Positions 49,801 through 60,800 of a DNA stretch of 64,000 bases are shown piece by piece; within the stretch, counting starts at the first letter, position 1, and every line of letters starts with the position of its first letter. The DNA lies in the NCBI GenBank assembly GCA_002633005.1, contig NMRA01000335.1, forward strand, positions 248,001 to 312,000, in the 5' to 3' direction. The notes beneath the pieces were generated by a model that was not told the DNA's origin, did no database searches, and saw only the letters and a list, made by a program, of their open reading frames with translations. The stretch comes from Phoronis australis. Taxonomy: Eukaryota; Animalia; Phoronida. The translations under genes and the position numbers were made by a program.

Positions 49801-52800
49801 CGACGCAGCAAAAAATCGATCTTGGAAAGACAATTCCATCAAAGTTCAGGGCAATGTCATCAGCAGACAAATGCAAAGAAATGTGAATAGCTTGTTTAAA
49901 GCCAATTACCAATTATTTATTTATTTAATCCTGATTTGTATGTTCCTGGAAATGAACCTAAATCTAGAGCCCAAGGCATGCCAAACTGGCACTTACACCT
50001 TCTAGGATTCTCCTCCACAACCCCTCTCCCTCCACACCTAATCCTATGCCCTTATTTGATGGGCATACACACATATCAGCCCACACTGCTCATGCTTGTG
50101 ACAGCCTGCACACCCCTCCTGGTATGAATGGTGCGATCCCATACTAGTGTTCTCAGCCATATGCTAAGACGGCCACATCTCAGGAATCCTAACACTTCCT
50201 CACCTGGGTTTACTTTATTCTCCTGCCCTGGGCACGGCACACTGATACTTGTGTTGGCTGGTGTTCTCCTCCACACCATATTTTCTTTAGTTTGTTCCTT
50301 GCACTGAACTCCATACTCTTGGCTACAGTACTTGTCACAGGTCAACTCCGCCTGTTCTTCACTGTGACAGGTCTTGGCTGCAAAACACAAACACCTACAT
50401 GAGAACTAAACTTACGCTACAATATTTCTCTACTTAATTTGCATAAAACTAATTGCCAAAATTGTCAATTTTCCATTACTTTGCTGCAAATACACTGGGA
50501 ACTTATCCAAGTGTTCTTTTATGGCATCCACCACACCAGTAAAAGATTAAAAGTTTCATAATCTTTATTTTTGCAAAGAAATTAATTTTGACAAAATAGA
50601 ATTTCACCTGTGAGCCCTATTATGGGTTATAAACGAACAACTACAATGAGCAAGATGTGATCACTCAGTACACGTGTACCTAAGTACCTAGGAAAATGTT
50701 CTGTAACTTGCTACTGTTCTCGGACTGAATGCATTCTTTAAAAGCATATCGTATTTATCGGTCTTTCCACATTTTTGTAAGAGAACTTTGCATCCACAAA
50801 ACTTGGAAACGTACTCAAAAATGCATTTCACCCTCTTCACAAAATTGTGACTTTTATTTGCAAATACAGGATTTAGCCATTGACATGATCTTCAAACAAA
50901 GGAGCACGACAATCCCAAAATTCACCAGACAGGACAAGTATAACAGACTTCTTTGTCCTGATAACAATAACAAACCTCCCCCTCTTGTACACACACAGAG
51001 TTAAGCTAAGAATGTCTGCCTGAGCTCACCCTGGTCTGACAATGAAATTAATAATTGTACATTCGCAAACATTTGTTTTATCATTTTAATGTATTAATTT
51101 TGCTATGGCCAGAAACTGAAGCCCCCTGTTGATATGTAGCTGTATTATTGCATCTGTTTAACTCACACTGTATCCCGGACGGCCATCTTAATCTCATAGC
51201 TCCACGTGTTCCTGCTCTGAACTCCACCCAGGTCACGTTTCCACAATGGCTGAAGCTACAATCTGCGTATACCTCATCAATGTCACGATCTCCACGAACA
51301 TACTGCCATAAATGGACGTGAGCCAAACTTCCGACGAATGATACAGATTGGTCGAATGAACTCCCCAACTTGGCACGTGATGACTGCCCAAGTACAAACT
51401 CTCCACCAGAAGGGACACAAGGAATGGTGTCATTACACAAGAGATATGACAGCAGACCGTTTCCTGTAGCAACGGAGCTACCATTAATATAAGACGTCCA
51501 CCGACCATCTGAAAGTAGACCATATTATTATTTTGCAAGATTTTAATCATCTGAGTGTAGTGCAATCCTAGGTACAACCCACCTCCTTACACTAAAAAGA
51601 AAATCAGAAAATTTAACAAACATCTGAAGTGATTTGTGGCACCGAGACTTTGTGATCTGGTTCAAGGGCAATAGTGATTCACTGGCTTGACTCTTTAGTA
51701 TACAAATCTTTCAAATATCTCCAATCATCTGTTGTGCTGAGCCCAATATTAAATCCTAATACTTTTTTTTTAAATATTACCTCGGTCAATTGCCCAACTC
51801 AGCAATAGGCCCTTTTTACACTGCGCACGCCAGGAGGTATGCCAAAGAACTGTTCAAAAACAAGTTTGATTGCAGGAAGAGTATTTGTTCGAGCTAGGAA
51901 GAGTTGAAGACATCAATGACTCCCTCAGCCTTCAGGTGTCCCTCTGTGCGAAAAACTACTTTAACATGACTTTGAGGTCAGTGTTTAGCATAATGCGGTG
52001 AAAAGCTTCCAGCATACATGTATGGAGGGCCTATGCCTGCCTATGGCTATGGGATGACACTACAACTGTCTCCACTGGAGCCAGTTGAGAAGGTGATACT
52101 GTAGTACTACACAGTGTGTAGGCCATTGTAACAGGTAAATTAATGAGACTGGTCATGAAAATTAATCCCACAAATCTAAGCACAATGTCCTGAATGCCAT
52201 GCTATGCTATGTTTGTTTTGTATACCACCAAGTTAAACATGCACACTGAAAGTAATGGCTGCTATCGATCCTGTTAGTGAGTAAGGAATCAAACTGACAA
52301 GTACCACAGCGGCACTGGTATTCTTCTTCTTCTTCTGGGTGGAGTCTTCTGTCCACATTTATATATAGCAAATTATTTTATAAATTCTTTTCCCACGCTG
52401 TTTAAATGACACACGCCATACTTTCAGATTCGACTGATGCAGTGCCATCTAGTGGCAATCATTAGTTTTAGACGATGCGCCGCATTTTATTCCAACTCAT
52501 ACGTCTGGCTTGGTGTGGGCAGCAATAAAGAATTGTTAGTTATTTCCAAGCATAGAAATCGTCCCTGTCGACGATTGTGAGGCTATATAATTACCCTAAA
52601 GTGGTATGAAAATTAGGCTACTGTGGTGTGCGCGCTCACGGCTCACGAATTAAAATGGCACTGTATTAAAACGGTTTGGGCGCTAGCTGATGGTTATGTA
52701 CACCACTGAATCGTCCCACTGTTTGCTGATTACACAATAGAGGTTGGAAAGTATCGGCTGTGAAACAGCAGTTGCAATACGTGTTGTTTCCCTTCGATTT

Positions 52801-55622
52801 TATTTTAATTAGGCGCTTTGCAGTCCAAACAATGAAAACGTACAATTTCCAAAGATGGCCGGGTTTATTTTTTAGTGCACAACGTCTAATAACTTAGCGG
52901 TAAAGAATGTTGCCAACAGTTTTTCGATCTCTGTTCTCTATACATGCCACAGTATATAAGCAAACACTCGAAGATGGGACGACTTTTATCCAGGCGCTGT
53001 TATAAATGCCCATATGCAGTCCCTAACCAGCAAGCAACTGAGGCTGGCCGTTGCGGTTTGGGACATGCCGCAAGCGCGTAGACCTACTGGAGTACCGCGG
53101 TCTCTATAGTACATTGGAGGCAAAGAACGTGGCAATAAGCAGCAAGGTAAGTTATTTCCGGCGACGTCTTTGTGCATGATTTCGTATACTCCCAGCATGG
53201 GATGAATAGTAATAAGCATAAGCACACTTGGTTTCGTTAATTACAAATAAATCTGAACGTGCATATTCATGGTACTAACTCAAGTAACCTCAGCGCATCA
53301 TCGGAAGACTACTCACTTTTTCCACCGCCCCAGGACAACGCGAAATGCATCCACGTGTTATTCTTCACGACAACCTTTGTGTTAATTGTCGTTCTACCCA
53401 TTGTCATCCTAATGGAAGATCCTTTCAGGAACAGTCTCATGAAGTTCTTCTTCTCCTCATGTCTGTAGGAGAAGATAGTGCTGTGATTGGCCGCTTGGGG
53501 CACTTTGAGCCACAGTGTGACGGTGAAGGCGTGCAACTCTGGGAACGGGACGTCCAGAAGAAGGGTATAGCGTACCGGATCCCTCTTTTCATACTCAAGC
53601 CGGGAGTCTACTGCAGTGGCTGGAATGGATTAAATACATCTCCACCGAAAAGCTTGACAAGCGGCCACATATATAAACCTCTGATTCCATGCAGGAAACA
53701 AAACAGGGGCGCAGCTTGGCCATATACACAAAAGCACATACGTAGACAAAATGAAAACTAAGATGTTAGTGTCTAATTTTTCAGAGAATACTTTTAAGTG
53801 TAAAAAATCTCCCACAATTGTTATTCAACATATCGTAAATTACAACAACCGAATAGCATAGACAAAAAGTGAAGCACGATAACCAGAACATTTGTTGAAA
53901 GATACCTAAATAGAGACTCATTCCTTGTCAGAACTGATCACGTGCTTGGCTCACGTGATCTTACTTTTCTCGAGCGTCTTAACAGTATCTAAGAGAAGAG
54001 TAAATGGAAGTTTTAAGTTATGAAAAACCTTAGAAAAATCTCCAACTTTGGATAGTGCGGAACTTCAGAAGTGGCTCGTAGAAACGTTGTTTCGTTAGAA
54101 TAGCGATAAAAAATTTCATATCTGCACGAGATATGGGTGACTGTCGAACATGATTTTGATAAAAAATTCAACAGATGCATAAAGCGAAACTGTGCTTTTG
54201 AAAGTTTTGTTGTGAATCTTTATATATCGAGAGAAATTTTGTTAATTTATGTTGTTGATAGCCTTGTTTTTCCTATGAATGTGCCTTTCGTTTTTTCCAA
54301 CACTTTACTAAGGACATGATAACGCGACCCAATCAACTGCAGATTGACTAATCCACACTTATTAAGCTCTAAATTGTACCCAATTTCTACTTTCGAAAAA
54401 TAGTATACTTTTACTGAATTGAATCAAAAAGTTTTGTAGATTTTTAGCTAAAAGCGCAAACTGGCTGACAATATTACAGTAAGCTTAAAAATGATTTGGA
54501 AGATTTGTTTATCGCATTCGCGTGTAGTCGTAGCAAAAGACGAGTTTACCACTTACACATGCAGAGGTTGGTGTTCCATTTGAAGCCCGGGCCACACACA
54601 CATTCGTAGCCCAGGGGCGTGTCGTCGCACCTCGGCCGTGAATAGTAGCGGGATAGGCAAGTCTCCCAGAACGGGGCACCTATATTTAACACAAGTAGAC
54701 GCCGTGTCAAATCCTTAGTGAGTAGAGAACTTATTAAAGAGAATTCTTACAAACTGTATTATCTCCCCACCCCCTCTCCCTGTGACAAAGGTTACATCGA
54801 GTGCAGAACTAAGAGATGTTATGAGACACCCCCCCTCTCCCCTCAGCAGCATATAGACATCACTCATCGAACACGTGTGGACATTTCTCACATCCCGTAG
54901 AATGCGCTATTAAAGTCGTCAACGCAGAATGAAGCCATTAGTTACAAAACGAGGCAACTGGTCACATTTTGTGAACAACTGCGCACTCTTTCTAATGTTA
55001 TCAATTTTCTTGTCAGTAAAACACTGCCCAGTTACTTTCGGAGAAACACCAAATAATCGTTAGCCACTTGACCGCTCCTGAAAATGTGTTCCATCGCATG
55101 CATTATGCGCAATTGGTGAGTTCGATATCGGATAATTGGGTAATTTTGCAGAACATGATCTCATTCACACTGGCCAGATTAAATTATTATCAGGAGTTGA
55201 CTCAGACCTTGAAATTATGACACATTATGTAATGGTGGACATTTTCACAATACTTGCGCTTCGTTATTAAACACTCGTTACATACATTAGGTTACTTTCC
55301 AAAAATCGATGGAATATACAAATATTGTTGTGACTCCTACCATTTTATACGAGCATAATTTCAATAACAAAACAGTAGGTCCACTTTGAATAATCTTTTC
55401 AACTACTACAATGTTGAGCGTAAGCGAAACACTTTTAAAAAGAATTACCAAGTCAAGCAGACAGTTCCCGAAATACCACTTGACGAGCTGGGCTTAGAAA
55501 TACCCTCAACCCGCGAGAAGCCTACCTTGAGCGTGACACTCGGAGATGCCCAATACCAGCAGCAGATAACACACGGATGCTACATGATGGTGACTACTAA
55601 TGCTTCCGGCCATCTCAGGCAT
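34745..55622 (-). CDS. Adhesion GPCR: SP-EGF-like-pentraxin/LamG-HRM-GAIN(degenerate GPS)-7TM-PDZ motif, about 1069 aa, 21 coding exons
   Basis: join(minus): 55526-55622, 54557-54679, 53317-53619, 51167-51508, 50204-50377, 49324-49427, 48704-48865, 47228-47347, 46600-46810, 44984-45221, 44110-44224, 43503-43552, 42441-42564, 41275-41384, 40075-40174, 39225-39393, 38622-38688, 37402-37548, 36751-36877, 35317-35508, 34745-34879. All introns are GT-AG with compatible phases; 3210 nt, no internal stop. aGPCR 7TM signatures: SYIGCAIS (TM1), IHKH (TM2), HYFFLAQFMWLMNEA (TM3), ILGWVLP (TM4), CWI (ECL2), FLGP (TM5), FNLLQG..FYFLLNEEVR (TM7/H8). Confidence 0.93.
35317..35508 (-). CDS. aGPCR exon 20: TM7/helix 8 + acidic tail
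   Basis: GSFFLVFYFLLNEEVRNIYK...SEDGQEEDEHT|gtaagt. Confidence 0.92.
36751..36877 (-). CDS. aGPCR exon 19: TM6-TM7
   Basis: NHTRALWTQLILLSVVWAFAFLSLKMRGSIIKYLFALFNLLQ. Confidence 0.92.
37402..37548 (-). CDS. aGPCR exon 18: ECL2-TM5-ICL3
   Basis: CWIAWEYIWLFLGPPMGIVCVAMLVLTFTAKEQNESSYAKDESANKLL. Confidence 0.92.
38622..38688 (-). CDS. aGPCR exon 17: TM4/ECL2
   Basis: LPAVLVGAFVGSHTDDYYAND; 67 nt, phase 1-2. Confidence 0.9.
38918..39120 (+). mobile_element. tRNA-derived SINE (degenerate head)
   Basis: A-box-like cggcctaatgtg and B-box-like ggttagaatcc at tRNA spacing; no complete cloverleaf. Confidence 0.45.
39225..39393 (-). CDS. aGPCR exon 16: TM3 to start of TM4
   Basis: LVCHVFSVMFHYFFLAQFMWLMNEAFNLY...FYILGW. 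Confidence 0.94.
40075..40174 (-). CDS. aGPCR exon 15: TM2
   Basis: TSSTTAAIHKHFSLALLCCHLSFMFGINQIQHQ. Confidence 0.92.
41275..41384 (-). CDS. aGPCR exon 14: TM1
   Basis: WDKGEKPHDLMTIPSYIGCAISALLCLITLVMLLYLR. Confidence 0.92.
41505..41845 (-). mobile_element. Penelope-like retroelement 3' remnant with degenerate hammerhead terminus
   Basis: SAL...EHGHIVLDWEPVSILDTENRYIPRKIMEAINI...INRD (C-terminal half of the PLE GIY-YIG domain), followed by CTGAGGA-AGTCAGCC..GGCAGTC-GAAA. Confidence 0.82.
42441..42564 (-). CDS. aGPCR exon 13: degenerate GPS/Stachel
   Basis: THLWKWESVKDSLNETSPVHARCEFFSPGLYAVTTDMYDVN; phase 2-0. Confidence 0.85.
42848..43135. mobile_element. Non-autonomous foldback Penelope-type mini-element with 14-bp TSD
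   Basis: About 87-bp inverted arms (42847-42933 / 43020-43106), inner stem ggctggga/tcccagcc, about 29-nt unpaired tail, direct repeats aagctaccactgtt (42834-42847) and aagctaccaatgtt (43136-43149). Confidence 0.8.
42891..42936 (-). ncRNA. Minimal type I hammerhead ribozyme motif (U3-A8 core variant)
   Basis: Minus strand: UUGGU UUGAGAA AGGCCU-CAAAGUGA-AGGCC GAAA ACGU UA^ACUAG. Stem I UUGGU/ACUAG, stem II GGCCU/AGGCC, palindromic AACGUU stem III. Confidence 0.65.
43400..43483. repeat. 28-bp tandem repeat x3
   Basis: tgac(t/c)catttacacaa(g/c)actaatg(c/t)gc(g/t). Confidence 0.88.
43503..43552 (-). CDS. aGPCR exon 12: GPS start
   Basis: TFNISNPECVKLQHGNR; 50 nt, phase 0-2. Confidence 0.82.
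44110..44224 (-). CDS. aGPCR exon 11: GAIN
   Basis: ASQEDNVNSVLFGVYVHIDGHTVTDLLEPVAVLFNFTS; VNS.V and L.EPV...F GAIN motifs. Confidence 0.88.
44984..45221 (-). CDS. aGPCR exon 10: GAIN subdomain B
   Basis: VKVRLVKVKDF...AFPS...AILPKNAL...VRYSGFTLKLPN; phase 1-2. Confidence 0.87.
46600..46810 (-). CDS. aGPCR exon 9: GAIN
   Basis: LYFEALDMLIDKGQEVGWNRT...HLNNS; the weak donor G|gttatt gives the required phase 1. Confidence 0.82.
47061..47158. repeat. About 46-bp tandem duplication
   Basis: gcaatgtaaacttct.gttttacta..tacaNcaa.ctcacagacag x2. Confidence 0.8.
47228..47347 (-). CDS. aGPCR exon 8: GAIN
   Basis: DSLVSDPRISSLISHGKQNLKNFNYNQLSPTNEDVNKFSK; phase 0-0. Confidence 0.8.
48704..48865 (-). 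CDS. aGPCR exon 7: GAIN subdomain A
   Basis: MEDELKPGKF...TNPMDLSTVIDCLGMIIDAQ; GT-AG, phase 0-0. Confidence 0.85.
49324..49427 (-). CDS. aGPCR exon 6: HRM end
   Basis: TAHRSCHKKQYSGVWAKPEFDDCISSSLRKIKIQ; AxRxC...GxW..PxxxxC. Confidence 0.9.
50204..50377 (-). CDS. aGPCR exon 5: Cys-rich linker + hormone-receptor motif, start
   Basis: KTCHSEEQAELTCDKYCSQEYGVQCKEQTKENMVWRRTPANTSISVPCPG; HRM C..W.xT.....PCP. Confidence 0.9.
51167..51508 (-). CDS. aGPCR exon 4: pentraxin/LamG domain, C-half
   Basis: GRWTSYINGS...GGEFVLGQ...FDQSVSFVGSLAHVHLW...GNVTW; pentraxin GGxxVLGQ / SFxGxLxxVxLW motifs. Confidence 0.92.
52438..52458 (-). promoter_or_regulatory. Strong CTCF-like motif in an aGPCR intron
   Basis: Minus strand TTGCCACTAGATGGCACTGCA matches the CCACYAGRKGGCR consensus. 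Motif match only. Confidence 0.35.
53317..53619 (-). CDS. aGPCR exon 3: pentraxin/LamG domain, N-half
   Basis: ...FPELHAFTVTLWLK...TIFSY...NNTWMHFALSW; pentraxin FTxxxW / IFSY / WxHxxxxW motifs. Confidence 0.92.
54557..54679 (-). CDS. aGPCR exon 2: EGF-like module
   Basis: GAPFWETCLSRYYSRPRCDDTPLGYECVCGPGFKWNTNLCM; GYECxCxxGF pattern; phase 1-1. Confidence 0.88.
55526..55622 (-). CDS. aGPCR coding exon 1: signal peptide
   Basis: MPEMAGSISSHHHVASVCYLLLVLGISECHA-Q, donor G|gtaggc; acceptor ttgttttcag before 55663 implies upstream 5'UTR exon(s). Confidence 0.8.
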
Positions 55623-57551
55623 TTGGACCCGATGAATTACCTTCACATTCTTGCCACGGTAACCTGAAAACAATTTTCAAAACTTGAACCGCGTAAACCA
55701 GACAAGAATTGTTAATAATTAGTCAGAAAGCATGTCTTACTTGTCGCAAGAGGCGCTGGCTTGGTTCTTCCTAAATTAGAAGACGAAAGTAACCAGACAA
55801 AACATCGTTTTCCCCGACGAGTAGCTCTGTTTACAGCAAAAAATACTGGTAATAACTCTTAGGGCGGCAAAATTCTTACCACCGTACCTTAAACACCTTA
55901 CTTGTTTATTCACCTCCATCCTCGATCATGAAGGAAGACTATTCCGATGATGAATTCGGCCTCCGCCAAGTCATCACGACGGGTGATTCTGGCTTAGTTT
56001 GTCTCTTGGTACTTTTAACTTACACTGCACATTTGTATGGCCACTTTCAAAATTTAAAACAAACATCCTCTCTGAAAAAGATTCCGCTTGACGCTTTTTC
56101 ATAAAGCAAATGCAATATCTTCAAATGCTTATGACTTGGAGAGCTCGACATTATTTCCAAAGACATGTGAGTGATTAAATTCCAAAAATAACATTAACTT
56201 GCATATAGCAAAGTCGAGTTAAAAATCTGTTGGAAATATCAGTATTATTTTGAATAATCTGTATGTAGGTCGCAAATCTTTGGTTGAGTAATGGAATGTG
56301 GATGAGGCCTTTAGACTTTTCACGGTGTTGGTTTTTGTCCAAATTAGCCGTAGAAAACTGAGAAACGTTGGACATTGCACACGCACATATATAAACACCG
56401 GCAACATGTTGTCACCAATAGGTCCCAGTCAATGTTCCTACAGCTCTAAGACTTATTATTAGTCGAGTCCAAACGAGTGTTTCAATGCAGAACACCTTGG
56501 TTCAAAATGCGTTTCCCATTCCCATCAAACGCATACATTTAATAACAAAAGTTACGTAGGCCTACGTTATAAGACATTGCCTGAAAACTAAAACTTTCAG
56601 TGCCATGCACTACGGACCATCAATCCACTTGGACGTAATGATAATGAAATGAAACATACAGGTACACTCATACATTTGACATGTTCACAACATCTCTGAC
56701 AGTTTTGACTACTAATTAGTCGACTGAAGAAAGCAGTCAGGAGGAGAGGCCTTCTCGAAGGATGGAGGATACTGAATTGTTACTGTTGTATCCACGAGAC
56801 ACAGGATTGAGCTTTAGAAAGTGGAGTTGCGTACTCTACTGAACGCCTCCATCGCGCATAGAGCTCGGGTGGCTATGAACTACCGGAGAGACAATATCGG
56901 TTATACAACGGAAACAGTGAATTCTATCAAATTTCCGACCTCACCGACCAATCACTTCACAATAGTGGACACCATTTTACCAAAGATTTTATAGTTACCT
57001 ATCTTGGGATATAGTATCTTTGGTTCCGTGAATACCCGTGAAACAATCACCTATTAGTCACAATGTCTCATGTGATACTGCTTTCGTGAATTCTTGCGTC
57101 TGCGGAAAGCAGTCCAGGCTGTGAATGAGATGCCCGAAACCTAATCACTTGTACATGTAACAAGAAATTAAATTCGATTTGCAGTAAAACACGTTATTTT
57201 TGTCAGCTAATAAACCAAATGTTATTTCATATTCCATTGCACCGAAGAGGAAAAAAGAGAGACGTAGTTCCATCAAGGCAAATAAAAAATGAAAAACTAC
57301 AACTCACGTCCAGACTGGGACAAATCTACCCAGTAGAACATGTTTTCATCCAAAGGCCCGTAAAAGTAAACAACAGAAGCACGATAATGTCAAGATGGCT
57401 ATCACCGAAGTACAAATACCTGACCACGTGTAGAAAACTACTGAGTGAAGCACATATTGGACTAATCTACCTTGCAAACCAAAACCTTTCCTTTGGCAGC
57501 CAGAGCAATGCCAAGTAAAAGATGGTTTTACGTGTACTGTTCAACATGAAT

Positions 57552-57803
57552 CATGCGTGCAGCCGGGGGGGTGGGTTCGGGGGGCTCGAACAAGTCCCCT
57601 CCCCCGTTGGCGAATTTGGCAAAAAAGGTACGCCTCAGAGAAACAAAAAAGTCCGAGAAAATGAGACAAAAGTCCACTAAAAACGGCGCAGACGCACAGT
57701 TATGAAGGTGGCACCTCGTTTTTTTAGTCCTCCCGCTTTTTTAGCAAAAGGTCCACTTAGTCAAGAATTCGAGCCCCCCCATATTAAAGGCTGGGCGCGC
57801 GCA
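57552..57803. mobile_element. MITE (CATGCG.GC..C-type termini), same family as 8484-8702
   Basis: Shares ggggctcgaac, cgcctcagagaaacaaaaaa and ttcgagcc..ccc..aggctggg.gc.cgca with the 8.5-kb copy. Confidence 0.7.
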
Positions 57804-60800
57804 AGGAAATGGGAAGATTCTCGTTGAGCATAGCTGAGTATTTAATGAAAGCGTATTGAGTTTCGAATTTTTCAAAGGCTTTATCCTGCCGCATCAGGGC
57901 ATTTTTTTCCTACAGCAGGGTTGTTTGATTAAAATGGACATCAGAGAGAACATTTTCGCTTCAAAATAAGCCAATTTAGTCACAATTTATTTACATCGCC
58001 TGTAGGGGAAGTTTCCGACTGCTATTAGCAAATTTCAAGTTACGGGTAAAGTGTTCACTGTTTTACACAGAGCTGTGTGCACGTGATAGAATTCCCTATT
58101 ATCCGAACTATAAACTGGTACACAAATATTTTTGGATTTGAAAATAGAGCCCAAATGAATTACACGAACTTATCCAAAAAAAACGTGGCCCCTACAACGA
58201 TCTTCGCCTCCTCATGGGATGGGGGCACACTCCCACAGACAGCACAACTTGTGATAACGTGTCCGTTGTCTAAACGATGTCGCTCTCACCACACTACAGG
58301 CAGGCGTGTCTGTGATTAGACATACATGTATTCGTGCACGAGTCTGTATCAGGGTAATCTTATGGTATTTATATCGAATGGCATCTCACAAACCATGGAA
58401 ACTAGTGTACAGTAATACTTAATTGAAGTATCGATTGGCGGAAATTTTATTCAAAAATCGTTTGACACAGAGATTTACATTTATAGAGTGTCAAGAAGTC
58501 AAGAGTTCGTTAAAAACGTAATGACATTCGTTGCTGGATAACTTCACCAGAAGGGCACTAAACTGTTGAGTTATACTATGTCAAGAAGTCACTGTGACCA
58601 GACTACCTTGTCAGAGGCGCTGTATTCAGTCCTTTGTTTACGTGGGCGGCGCGGCAATGAAATAAGTGAGGGTTAAGCCCCCCCGGCACCCTATGGTGCG
58701 CCGCCCATGAGTAGTGCCACGGTGAGCTGTGATCAAACGCCCCGGGGAGGCAGGAATCTTAGGTAAGGGGACATAGATGAACTTCCAAATCTCGGGCGAT
58801 ATATGTATATCGGGCCAAACTGAATCTAGCTATTGAAACATGGCTTCAAACATGCCACGTATTTATACTTCATCGGGGAAATTTCACGCAGATACCCAAT
58901 GTTCCTGTCTAGCGCGGATTTTTTAAAATCACTTCGACATTCACAGCACTGGAAATATCGTCAGACCAAAACTTATATCAAGCAAAAACAACGATCTCCA
59001 ACTAGAGTCTTGCCATCACTATCACCAATTGCAGTGACTTCCCTTCCCCTATGATCCCCGGTCAAAGTTGTTTAATAATATCAAGCCCTGCGGTAAAGTC
59101 TTACCCTTTTAGGGCACAATATGGCGGCCAAGTAAAAAACAACTGTTTTCATCTATATATGTTCCTTACCTCGTCACTTCGTCGGTTAAATGCAGTAAAA
59201 GTGGTAAGAACATACACAGAAATACATAGCCTCTCTATTTTGCTAGACTGGTCTCATTTACTCCACATGTTTTCTCTCATTACCAAAATAAAAACACATT
59301 TCATTACGTGAACGGAAACATAAGAACGGCGAGACTCCGTACACTAATCAGCTGACAAGACGGGGGTGCGTTTCTGCGTATACACAAGATCACGCAAAAT
59401 CGAGCAATTAAAGGCGACTGTTTCAAGAGTATCCCCGTGACCTTACCAGCGTACTCTGGCAAAGTGGCGGCCACTAAAGAGTTGGTCGAAGAGATTAGAA
59501 TATTGAATAACGGGATAGGATTCCCTGTTTCCGCTACTATATCCGCGAGTACCTCGCGTCAAAGGAACGCGGCTCTAGCGCACGCAAAATCTGAAATTAG
59601 ACCCACTCATGCTTTCAGAGTGCTCGATGCATTGATCTGTTACGCCTCGTTCAGTCAGAAGCTGAAATGACTTAAAATTGCTTCCAAAATCGAGCGCCTG
59701 ATTAGAGAGACAAGCTATGAATGCACCGGGGCCTATAGTTACAAATCTAGTTTATTTCTTTTAAATTAAAGTCTACCGCCCAAGAGAAATCACATTAAAG
59801 AACTTCGCAATGCATCGCTTATAATTGAACAAATACAACTAATTAAAGATTGCCTACAGATGTCGCCTTTCTTTATTTTCTTTTATGCTTCTAGCAATAA
59901 ATATTTACGAATTAACAAAACTTCCAGGCAATTTCATGCTGTCTACCTTCATTGATTATCACTGTCAACTTTGCACATCGGATGTGAGCAACCAATCGCA
60001 CATAATGTAGTCCCAGGCAAATAACATGTTTTTTCAATAAGTAAGTTGTTTTAAACAATGCGTGCACAACAAGATCTGATTTGTTTGACAAATGGGAATA
60101 ACATTCAGCTTTGTTAGCTGGTTCGGGACATCAGACTTTACCATTTATATTACATTTTATTGTTTTTTGACTCAGATCATATCGTCATACCCCGCCAAAA
60201 CTAAACTCTTTCGAAAGTCATGTATTGTCTATTGTGCAATGCCCTTCGGAACCAATTTGGCAGCTTAGTTTTCAATAACTGTCTCGTTCTCTTTGGACTA
60301 TTCTTGTAATCTGGTGAACGTTTTCGAGAATATTCGCGCGTTGACTCAGACGGTTAATGGGTAAACTAGCGTGTATAGCACTTTATAACATCATAAACAT
60401 ATTACTACCCACCGTAAACGTAACCTTACGTGAACCTTGCATAGTCCGCAGCAAGACTACCAGCCAATCTACTGAATGTATATTGCAAAAATAGCTGAGG
60501 CTTTTCTTTAGTCGCTAATAAGATTTAAAAACATAGTAAACTAGTTATAACTAGCCTATACACATTGATATTCCAAACTGCATGCTAAAATGTCTTCATC
60601 TGACGAGACATTTGCCCCATACTTGTATGTTGTTTATTTACTGTCAGTACTTCTGCGTGAGATGGTTAACACATGTTTTCATTATTTCTTCAATTGATTT
60701 TGTTCCGCTGACGAGCGAATAAGCGCCCTAGGCAGGTGATGTAGTCGGTGTCGTGTGTGTTAATATTTGCCACGCTTCTTTACTTACGGTTGTTACCGAG

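Noticed and set aside
59447-59600. Minus-strand AG/GT-bounded block open except for one TGA (possible selenocysteine or pseudo-exon)
   Set aside because: No recognisable protein motif, no SECIS identified, and it lies upstream of the aGPCR signal peptide.
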